Below are positions 1-8,020 of a stretch of DNA of 64,000 nucleotides, in pieces. Source of the stretch: Candidatus Binatia bacterium. GTDB lineage: Bacteria; Desulfobacterota; Binatia; HRBIN30. Within the stretch, counting starts at the first letter, position 1; each line of letters opens with the position of its first letter. Location of the stretch: positions 87,414 to 151,413 of the forward strand of contig JBBRSP010000013.1 in the NCBI GenBank assembly GCA_038245295.1. Reading direction: 5' to 3'. The notes below the pieces were generated by a model that was not told the DNA's origin, searched no databases, and was given only the letters and a program-made list of their open reading frames with translations. The translations under genes were made by a program, and so were the position numbers.

Positions 1-4
1 ACAC

Positions 5-1798
5 ATGACCGCGGCACGCGTACCTTATTCGGCGAGCCTGGGCACGACGCGTTCCATCGGGTTGTTGGCAGGTGCCGCTCTCCTGGTGGCGGCTCTATCG
101 CTTGGACGGGCGATCTTTGTTCCACTCGCCCTGGCCGCCATCATCAGCTTCATCCTAATGCGGCCGGTGGTGGCGCTCGAACGGCGTGGAGTCCCGCGTC
201 TCATCGGTGTCGCCGCTGCGGTCTTCAGTCTGATCGCCCTGGCAGCCAGTTTCGGGTACGTCCTGACGCGGCAGGTCAGCGACTTTGCGACCCGCCTGCC
301 GCACTACTCGGCCTCGATCAAGTCGAAGCTGTCGACGTTGCGCGACACCCGCCAGGGCGCGATCGGCAGGATTCAGGACTCGATCAATCGGCTGAGTGTT
401 GAATTGGAGAAACCGGACGGCGCCGCGAAGCCGGCCGCTCCTGTAACAGCCAACACCGGGCTGCCGCCACAACGCGTTGATGTGGTCACCCAACCCCTGA
501 CGGACATGGAGCGACTGCGCTCGATTCTCCAGCCGTTTCTGGAATCCGTGAGCACGGTTGGAATCGTTCTGATCTTGGTAATCTTCGCGCTGATGAAGCG
601 GGAGGACATCCGCAATCGCTTCATCCGGTTGGCCGGTCAGGGTCGAGTAACTGTCACGACGCGGACTCTCGACGAGGCAAGCCAGCGCATCAGCCAATTC
701 CTGGCGACACAGCTCATCGTCAATCTTGCCTTCGGTGTTTGTATCACCGTTGGCTTGCTGGTGATCGGTGTACCGTTCGCAGTTCTCTGGGGTGTGATCG
801 CTGCTTTTCTCCGTTTCGTACCCTACCTGGGCTCGCTGTTGTCGATGCTCATGCCGGCGGCACTGGCGTTTGTGGGGTCGCAGGGCTGGGGGGCGACCAT
901 GGCCACGGTATCGTTGTTCTTCGGCCTCGACGCGCTGGTGGGATCGGTGATCGAGCCGGTCTGGATGGGCACTCGCACCGGTGTATCTTCACTTGCGCTG
1001 CTGGTGTCGGCCATGTTCTGGGTTTGGCTCTGGGGGCCGATTGGCCTGGTCTTGTCGACTCCGATGACGGTCTGCCTGGCGGTCGTCGGGCGTCACGTGC
1101 CGGAGCTCGAGTTTCTTGCCATCCTGCTTGGCGACGACCCGCCGCTGAGGCCGGAGATCGGCTTCTACCAACGCCTGCTGGCGGCCGATGAAGAAGAGGC
1201 CACGAATATCGTTGAGCAAGCTCTGCTCAAGAGCTCGTTGTCGGAGGTGTTTGACTTGGTGATTGGACCGACGCTGGTCCTGGCGGAGCGCGACCGGCTA
1301 CGCGGTGCCATCTCCGATACCGAGCACCGCCTGGTTGTGCAAATGACCCTCGAAATTGTCCGCGGCATGCACGGGGACGAGGAGAGCAGTACGCCGCCTC
1401 GCCAACGGCGCATTCTTGGCGCGCCGGCGCGCAGCTCGAGTGACGAGGTCGGGCTGCTGATGTTGGACGAGCTAACGGGCGAGAACTGGGTTGTCGAAAC
1501 CGCGACAAGCGGCACGTTGGCATCCGAGATTCTGTCGACCATCGAGAGAACCACACCCGACGTTCTCTGTATCGTTGCATTACCTCCGAGCGGCATGTCG
1601 CAAGCACGCTACATCTGCAAGCGCGTGCGCGCGCGGTTCCCGGCGCTGACCATCTGGGTGTTGCGTGCCGGGATCACTCTTGATCCGGCCCAGCCGCATC
1701 GTTTGATCGCCGACGGGGCAAGCTTGGTCTTCCCCAGCTTTCTGGAGGCCGCCAAGCAATTGGGCACGGCGCCGCCAGTCGCACCCGTCGGCCACTGA
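5..1798 (+). CDS. AI-2E family transporter with C-terminal cytoplasmic extension
   Basis: 597-aa ORF with many TM helices and AI-2E motifs (LRFVPYLG, VIEP, WLWGPIGLVLSTP), plus a soluble C-terminal alpha/beta domain. Confidence 0.85.
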   Translation: MTAARVPYSASLGTTRSIGLLAGAALLVAALSLGRAIFVPLALAAIISFILMRPVVALERRGVPRLIGVAAAVFSLIALAASFGYVLTRQVSDFATRLPHYSASIKSKLSTLRDTRQGAIGRIQDSINRLSVELEKPDGAAKPAAPVTANTGLPPQRVDVVTQPLTDMERLRSILQPFLESVSTVGIVLILVIFALMKREDIRNRFIRLAGQGRVTVTTRTLDEASQRISQFLATQLIVNLAFGVCITVGLLVIGVPFAVLWGVIAAFLRFVPYLGSLLSMLMPAALAFVGSQGWGATMATVSLFFGLDALVGSVIEPVWMGTRTGVSSLALLVSAMFWVWLWGPIGLVLSTPMTVCLAVVGRHVPELEFLAILLGDDPPLRPEIGFYQRLLAADEEEATNIVEQALLKSSLSEVFDLVIGPTLVLAERDRLRGAISDTEHRLVVQMTLEIVRGMHGDEESSTPPRQRRILGAPARSSSDEVGLLMLDELTGENWVVETATSGTLASEILSTIERTTPDVLCIVALPPSGMSQARYICKRVRARFPALTIWVLRAGITLDPAQPHRLIADGASLVFPSFLEAAKQLGTAPPVAPVGH

Positions 1799-1804
1799 AC
1801 ACGT

Positions 1805-3514
1805 TTACGGCACGACGCCGGCCACCTTGAGCGCCTTGTAGGTCGTATAGCCACCGGACAGCGTTCGGGACCGGTAGCCATGCTGTTTCAGGAATCGAGT
1901 GGCGTAGTAGGCGCGCTGTCCGACGGCGCAGCAGGTCCAGATCTCTCTGTCTCTGGGCAGCTCGACGGAGCGGACGCGTAGCTGCGACAGCGGTAGGTTG
2001 ACGGCGTGTGGCAGATGCCCGGCGGCGTACTCGTCGGGCTCGCGCACGTCGAGCAGCAGTGCCTCGGTGTGCTCGAGCTCGCGCCAGTCGGCCACCGGCA
2101 TGTCGCCGTTCAGGACGTTCTCGGCGAGCATGCCGGCGAGGTTCACCGGGTCTTTCGCCGCCCCGAACTGAGGAGCGTAACACAACTCGGTCTCGGCCAG
2201 ATCGTGTACCGTTCCATTGAATTGAATGGCCGTGGCGATGACATCGATACGTTTCTCGACACCTTCAAACCCTACGGCCTGGGCTCCGAGAATGCGCCCG
2301 TCGGGTACCGAGAAGAGCAACTTTAAGTGAATCGGTTGGGCGCCGGGGTAGTAGCCGGCGTGGTGTCCCGGATGCAGGTAGACTTTCTCGAAGTTGGTGA
2401 CGCCGGCGCGCCGTAGGCCCTTCTCGCTGGCGCCGGTGGATGCCACGGTCAGCCCCAGGACGCCCACCACCGCGGTAGCCTGGACACCGCGAAATTGCGT
2501 CGCGCGTCCGGCGATCGATTCCGCTGAAACCCGACCCTGGCGATTCGCCGGCCCGGCCAATGGCAGCACCGTTTCTTGACCCGTCAGGACGTCCGGCACT
2601 TCGACGACATCACCGACGGCCCAGATGTTGGAATCGGAGGTGCGCATCTGTGCGTCGACGACGATGCCGCCGCGCGCCCCGATCGGCAAACCGGCTTGCT
2701 TGGCCAGGGCCGTCTCCGGACGAACACCGATGGCGAGAATCACGAGATCGGCGTCCAGTCGCGCCCCACTTTCAGCGACGACGATCAGGCCTCCGTCGGG
2801 CTTCGCTTCGATCGCGGCGAGCCCGTCGCCCAAATGGAGTTGCACGCCTTTGGCGGCCAGATGTTCCATGAGCGGTGCGGCGATCTCGGGATCGAGCGGC
2901 GGCATGACCTGCGGTAGTTTCTCCAGAATGGCGACGCCGAGCTCTCGATGGATCAGGTTCTCGACCATCTCCAGGCCAATGAATCCGCCACCAACCACCA
3001 CGGCGCGCTTGGCGCGGCGCTCGTCGATCCACGAACGGATGCGGCGCGAGTCGGGGATGGTGCGCACCGCGAAGACGCCGGGTAGGTCGACTCCGGGTAG
3101 CGCCGGTCGGATCGGCGCCGCGCCCGGTGAGAGCACCAGTGCATCGTAGGATTCGATGCGACCGGCACCGGTTTTGAGGTCGCGCACGCTGATCGTGCGC
3201 GCCTGGCGATCAATTCCCGTGACCTCGGTGTCTGTATACACCTCAACGTTGAACCGGCTGTGAAACAATTCCCGCGACGCAACCAGCAGCTTGCTCTCGT
3301 CGGCGATGACGTTGCCGACAAAGTACGGCAAGCCGCAGTTCGCGAACGAGACGTAGGGGCCGCGATCGAATACGGCGATTTCCAGGGACTCGTCGAGACG
3401 ACGTAGACGCGCGGCGCACGACGCGCCGCCGGCGACACCGCCGACAATGAGGACCCGGCGCGCAATATTCTTGTCGTGCGAGGGATCTGGCTCCGGAGCA
3501 GTATGCTGACTCAT
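1805..3514 (-). CDS. CoA-disulfide reductase family FAD oxidoreductase fused to a rhodanese domain
   Basis: GGVAGG FAD motif, SFANC redox Cys, GGGFIGLE NAD(P) motif, CYAPQF, C-terminal LLDVREPDEY...CCAVGQRA rhodanese. Confidence 0.88.
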   Translation of the reverse strand: MSQHTAPEPDPSHDKNIARRVLIVGGVAGGASCAARLRRLDESLEIAVFDRGPYVSFANCGLPYFVGNVIADESKLLVASRELFHSRFNVEVYTDTEVTGIDRQARTISVRDLKTGAGRIESYDALVLSPGAAPIRPALPGVDLPGVFAVRTIPDSRRIRSWIDERRAKRAVVVGGGFIGLEMVENLIHRELGVAILEKLPQVMPPLDPEIAAPLMEHLAAKGVQLHLGDGLAAIEAKPDGGLIVVAESGARLDADLVILAIGVRPETALAKQAGLPIGARGGIVVDAQMRTSDSNIWAVGDVVEVPDVLTGQETVLPLAGPANRQGRVSAESIAGRATQFRGVQATAVVGVLGLTVASTGASEKGLRRAGVTNFEKVYLHPGHHAGYYPGAQPIHLKLLFSVPDGRILGAQAVGFEGVEKRIDVIATAIQFNGTVHDLAETELCYAPQFGAAKDPVNLAGMLAENVLNGDMPVADWRELEHTEALLLDVREPDEYAAGHLPHAVNLPLSQLRVRSVELPRDREIWTCCAVGQRAYYATRFLKQHGYRSRTLSGGYTTYKALKVAGVVP

Positions 3515-3623
3515 GGGAACTCCAATCGATGAGGCTGTGCTTCATCTAGCAGATCTCGGCGCAACTCGGGCCAGGACACCCGACCAATCAACATCTCTCC
3601 CGATTTGACTGCCGCGCCGCGGG

Positions 3624-3810
3624 GTAGTGTCTCAGTTTGACCTGTTGGCGGCTGGCGGGTGATGGATCCCATCGCGGAGCGCGCGACTCCGTGGCGCCCA
3701 TCGCTGGAATCCAAACCCGCAGCGGGTCAGGTTCCGTCTCCGGGCGCCACGGAGTGGCGCGCTCCGACTAGAGACCATCGGCGGGCGTAGATCCCAAAGT
3801 GGGACACTAC
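3624..3810. mobile_element. 187-bp MITE/REPIN-like element, copy 1
   Basis: Terminal inverted repeats GTAGTGTCTCAGTTT / AAAGTGGGACACTAC (13/15 match); internal inverted pair of GC hairpin REP units; near-identical to 5447-5633. Confidence 0.8.
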
Positions 3811-3918
3811 GCGCCGCGTGGCGTACTGGACGCGAAGGACCGGGTCGTGTAATTGCGTCCTCGCCCAACTCAAGAAACTGTCGGCGACCCGTCTGCGCAG
3901 GAACGAGGAGATGTCGGG

Positions 3919-5403
3919 ATGAACGAACGTGCCGCGCTGAATCAACTGCTGTTCAACCGACGCGCTTTGCTGAAGGCGTCTAGCGCCGCTGCCGCGGGGC
4001 TCTTGCTGCCAGCCTGGCTCATCGGTTGTGGTGACGATGGTGAACCGGCGACATCGCAGCAGTCCGTTCCGCAGTTGACTGTCGATCCGAGTCGACCCTG
4101 GTGGCTTCAGAATGGCTTCGGGCCGGTGCTCGACGAAATTGACGCGTCCAATTTGCGTGTCCGCGGCGCCATTCCGCCTCAACTCAACGGACTCTACGTG
4201 CGCAACGGATCGAATCCTCAAAAGTCGGACTCGCCGCACTGGTTCTTCGGCGATGGTATGGTGCATGGCGTGCGCCTCGAAAACGGTAACGCGGTGCATT
4301 ACAGCAATCGCTATGTGCGGACACCACTGTATGAAAACGGGCTCTCGTTTGGCCAAGGTGGTCCGCCGGACAAGGGCAACAACCAGAGCAATGTCAGCTG
4401 CGTCTACCACGCGGGCAAACTGCTCACCTCCGGGGAGATCGGCTTTCCCTATGAGATCAACCCGGCCGACTTGTCGACGGTGGGCGCCTACAGCTTCGCC
4501 AACAAGTTGGTGACGTCCTTCACCGCCCACCCGAAGATCGACCCGGCAACCGGCTACCTGCATTTCTTCGGTTATTGGTACCTACCGCCGTACCTGACCT
4601 ACCACGTTGCTGATGCGCAGGGGCACATCATCCACACGCAGCAGATTTCCGTGAAGTCACCGACGATGATCCACTCGTTTGCAATTACCGAGACCGATGC
4701 CGTCTTCTGGGAGCTCCCGGTGGTGTTCGATCTGCAGGCGGCGCTCAACGGTGAGATCAATCCTTTCAAGTGGACCCCGAGTTACGGCGCCCGCATCGGT
4801 ATCATGCCGTTGATGGGCAAGGGGCGGGACATTCGTTGGATCGAGATCGACCCCTGCTACGTCTTTCACGAGGTCAATGCGTATCGCGAGGGCGACGAGG
4901 TGGTCATCGATGTTTGCCGCCTCAACAGCGTCTTCGATGGCAACGATTTGAACAGCGCGATTACCAGTCACCACCGCTGGCGCGTCAACACAGCCGGCAC
5001 GCAGTTGTCGTTTCGCGACCAGGTCGTTTCCGATCGCGCCATCGATCTACCGTCGCATGATCGCCGCTTCACCGGGCGCAAGCATCGCTACGGTTGGTTT
5101 GTGCATACACGGCCGAACCTGGCCACACCGGATCTCGGCGGCATTGCGCGTGTCGACTACCAGACCGGTGCGCTGGCGCTCTGGGATCCCGGCGCGGCAC
5201 GTCACTCGAATGAGCCGTTCTTTGTTCCCGCCGGGGCGGGTGAGGGCGAAGGCTGGTTGCTCAGTTTCGTCTACGATCGCGCCCGCAACACCAGCGATCT
5301 GGTCATCCTCGACGCCACCAACGTCGCGGCGGGCCCGGTTGCCGAGATCGAGATGCCACGCCGTGTGCCGCACGGCTTCCACGGAGTCTGGATCCCGGCG
5401 TAG
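3919..5403 (+). CDS. Carotenoid oxygenase (RPE65/lignostilbene dioxygenase) family protein with Tat lipoprotein signal
   Basis: GLYVRNGSNP, HWFFGDGMVHG, FTAHPKIDP, MIHSF, VFHEVNAY, NEPFFVP, VPHGFHG (four Fe-binding His); N-terminal NRRALLK then LIGC lipobox; GAGGAG RBS before ATG 3919. Confidence 0.9.
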   Translation: MNERAALNQLLFNRRALLKASSAAAAGLLLPAWLIGCGDDGEPATSQQSVPQLTVDPSRPWWLQNGFGPVLDEIDASNLRVRGAIPPQLNGLYVRNGSNPQKSDSPHWFFGDGMVHGVRLENGNAVHYSNRYVRTPLYENGLSFGQGGPPDKGNNQSNVSCVYHAGKLLTSGEIGFPYEINPADLSTVGAYSFANKLVTSFTAHPKIDPATGYLHFFGYWYLPPYLTYHVADAQGHIIHTQQISVKSPTMIHSFAITETDAVFWELPVVFDLQAALNGEINPFKWTPSYGARIGIMPLMGKGRDIRWIEIDPCYVFHEVNAYREGDEVVIDVCRLNSVFDGNDLNSAITSHHRWRVNTAGTQLSFRDQVVSDRAIDLPSHDRRFTGRKHRYGWFVHTRPNLATPDLGGIARVDYQTGALALWDPGAARHSNEPFFVPAGAGEGEGWLLSFVYDRARNTSDLVILDATNVAAGPVAEIEMPRRVPHGFHGVWIPA

Positions 5404-5446
5404 ATCGCGTAGTTGCGGGCGCGTCGGAGCGCTGCCGCCTTGATTG

Positions 5447-5633
5447 GTAGTGTCCCAGTTTTACCAGTTGGCGGCTGGCGGGTGATGGATCCCATCGCGG
5501 AGCGCGCCACTCCGTGGCGCCTATCGCTGGAATCCAAACCCGTTGCGGGTGAGGTTCCGTCTCCGGGCGCCACGGAGTGGCGCGCTCCGATTAGAGACCA
5601 TCGGCGGGCGTGGAACCCAAATTGACACACTAC
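5447..5633. mobile_element. 187-bp MITE/REPIN-like element, copy 2
   Basis: Same length and orientation as copy 1 (about 14 mismatches by eye); perfect 24-bp inverted repeat 5498-5521 / 5566-5589. Confidence 0.8.
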
Positions 5634-5708
5634 CGATTAGTTCCTTCGCGTTGCCGCGTTTCAGCAATGCCTGCTAGAGGTGAGCGGTTCGGGTCGGGAG
5701 GGGCGTCG

Positions 5709-7178
5709 ATGGTGAATATGGCGGATGAGAGCGTAGGCATCGGCAAAGAATATCCGGCGCGTTCATCGACCGGACCTGTGCACGCCTTTGGCAACGACGC
5801 ATTAGGTGACGACGATGCCGTGGCGCTTGCGGAGCGTATCCGCACGCGCCAGGTGAGCGGGGTCGAAGTCGCCGAGGCGGCGATCGCGCGGGCGCGTCAG
5901 GTCGACCCGACGCTCAATGCCATCGCGGTGGAGGATTTTGCCGCGGCTCTCGAGAAGGCGCGGCGACCTGGCGCCGGAGTCTTTTCTGGTGTTCCAACTT
6001 TCGTCAAAGACAATACCGATGTCCGGGGGCTGCCGAGCAACCACGGCTCCCGTGCGGTCAATGCCCGTCCCGCCAAAGCCGATGCTGGGTTTGCCAGGCA
6101 GTTCTTGGCGCAAGGCTTCCTTTGCCTGGGGAAAAGCCGCCTGCCCGAGTTTGGCCTCAATGCAAGCACGGAGTTCATGGGCGCTGCGCCGGCGCGTAAC
6201 CCCTGGCACCCGGGATATTCGACCGGCGCGTCTTCCGGTGGCTCCGCCGCTCTCGTGGCCGCAGGGGTGGTACCGCTCGCCCACGCGAATGACGGTGGCG
6301 GTTCAATTCGAATCCCAGCGGCCTGCTGCGGTCTGGTAGGGCTCAAGCCGACGCGTGGCCGCCTGATCTCGCCGGAGGCGGCGCGTGCACTGCCGGTCAA
6401 GATCGTCGTCGACGGAGTTGTCACGCGCAGCGTTCGCGACACGGCACACTTCTTTGCCGCGGCGGAAACCTACTACGCCAATCGCCATCTGCCGGCCATC
6501 GGGCTGGTGCGGGAGGCGAGCAAGCGACGCTTGCGGATTGGCCTGGTGCTCGACTCGATCACCGGCCACCGTACCGACGATGCGACACGCGCTACCGTGC
6601 TGGCTACAGCACGTTTGCTGGCGAGCCTGGGCCACACGGTAGATGAAATTCCGATGCCCGTGAGCCCGAGTTTTGCAGCGGACTTCAGCACGTACTGGGG
6701 CATGCTGTCGTTCCTGGTCGCTACGTTCGGCAAGCAGGTGATGAGTCCTGATTTCGATGCATCGAAGTTGGACAATCTCACCGTCGGTCTGAGCAATCTC
6801 TTCAAGAAAAACGCGTGGACGACGCCGGCGGTGATGTACCGGCTGCGGCGTCTCTCCGGTGAATACGCGCGAATCTTTGCGCATCACGATCTGGTGCTGT
6901 CACCGGTGCTGGCCCACACGACACCGAAGCTCGGATACCTGTCTCCAGAGCAGGGCTTCGATGTGTTGTTCGATAGGCTTCTCAAGTACGTCAGCTTCAC
7001 CCCCCTGAATAATGCTGCCGGGGGGCCCGGTATCTCGCTACCGGCCGGCGCTACCGCCGAAGGTTTACCGATCGCCGTCCACTTCTCCGCCAACCATGGC
7101 GCCGAGCGGACCTTGCTCGAAGTCGCCTTCGAGATCGAGGCGGCGCAGCCGTGGCGACGGATTCAAGATCCGCGCTAG
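5709..7178 (+). CDS. Amidase signature family protein
   Basis: GVPTFVKD (catalytic Lys), GASSGGSAA, NDGGGSIRIPAACCG; start placed at ATG 5709 after a GGAGG RBS. Confidence 0.9.
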   Translation: MVNMADESVGIGKEYPARSSTGPVHAFGNDALGDDDAVALAERIRTRQVSGVEVAEAAIARARQVDPTLNAIAVEDFAAALEKARRPGAGVFSGVPTFVKDNTDVRGLPSNHGSRAVNARPAKADAGFARQFLAQGFLCLGKSRLPEFGLNASTEFMGAAPARNPWHPGYSTGASSGGSAALVAAGVVPLAHANDGGGSIRIPAACCGLVGLKPTRGRLISPEAARALPVKIVVDGVVTRSVRDTAHFFAAAETYYANRHLPAIGLVREASKRRLRIGLVLDSITGHRTDDATRATVLATARLLASLGHTVDEIPMPVSPSFAADFSTYWGMLSFLVATFGKQVMSPDFDASKLDNLTVGLSNLFKKNAWTTPAVMYRLRRLSGEYARIFAHHDLVLSPVLAHTTPKLGYLSPEQGFDVLFDRLLKYVSFTPLNNAAGGPGISLPAGATAEGLPIAVHFSANHGAERTLLEVAFEIEAAQPWRRIQDPR

Positions 7179-7249
7179 CCGATCGCGAAATCCTCAAGAT
7201 GTCGCTCCCCCACTCCCAACAGCCGGGCTGGGAGTGGGAGACGTCATGG

Positions 7250-7915
7250 TCAGCTCTCTTTGTGCAGAATCAGCGCCACGGCGTTGATCGTTGGCGGGAA
7301 GGTAAGAGTCACCGTCGAGTAGGTGCCGTTTAGCTCGAGGCCTTGTCCGCCTTCCAACTGTGCCAGTTGCAACTGCTCGGTGGCGACAAGATAGACCAGC
7401 GCGTAGGGCGTTGGCGCGGTCACGGTGATCGCGTGCGTCTTGAAGACGTTCCCACGCAGATCGGTGACGACGATTTTCCCGCCGCTGACCTCGACCTTGA
7501 TGAGTGCGTCCTTCATCACGCCTGTGGTTTCGTTGACCGCCTGTCCGCTCCAGGTGCCGAGGACGCTGGCGTACACGCCTGGTGGCACGATCGCCGGTGT
7601 TGCCGTGAATACCACACCGGGCGTTGGTGTTCGCGTCGGAGTCGGCGTCGCCACCGCTACCGGGCAGCCAGCCAGCGCGGCGTTGACGGCGCTGATGATC
7701 TCATTAATGGTGACGTCACCGTCGCCGTTCGCATCGATGGCGTTGCATTGACCCACAGAGGCGCTGCCGAGGGCGATGTTTACCCCGATAATCAGTTCGT
7801 TGACCGTGACCTCACCATCACCGCTGCAATCGCCACCACAAACCGCCATGGCGGTCGTCGCCAGTCCAACTACCGCCAGTGCCCACACTCCTGCCGCGAG
7901 AAAACCCTTCTTCAT
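7250..7915 (-). CDS. Secreted protein with dockerin-like duplicated EF-hand domain and Thr/Pro linker
   Basis: Signal peptide, CGGDCSGDGEVTVNEL...DANGDGDVTINEI, TPTPTRTPTP linker; GGAGG RBS upstream. Confidence 0.75.
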   Translation of the reverse strand: MKKGFLAAGVWALAVVGLATTAMAVCGGDCSGDGEVTVNELIIGVNIALGSASVGQCNAIDANGDGDVTINEIISAVNAALAGCPVAVATPTPTRTPTPGVVFTATPAIVPPGVYASVLGTWSGQAVNETTGVMKDALIKVEVSGGKIVVTDLRGNVFKTHAITVTAPTPYALVYLVATEQLQLAQLEGGQGLELNGTYSTVTLTFPPTINAVALILHKES

Positions 7916-8020
7916 CAATCCTCCGTCTATTTGCCGTCGCCCGAGACTGCCCACTAGGCACTACGGCCCGCCGGGTTTACCAGACGACGATGACAAGAAC
8001 AGGTAGGCAGCGACGATTGT

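Noticed and set aside
7205..7241. Hairpin CCCACTCCCA...TGGGAGTGGG between convergent genes as an intrinsic terminator
   Set aside because: No U-tract on either strand; function unsupported
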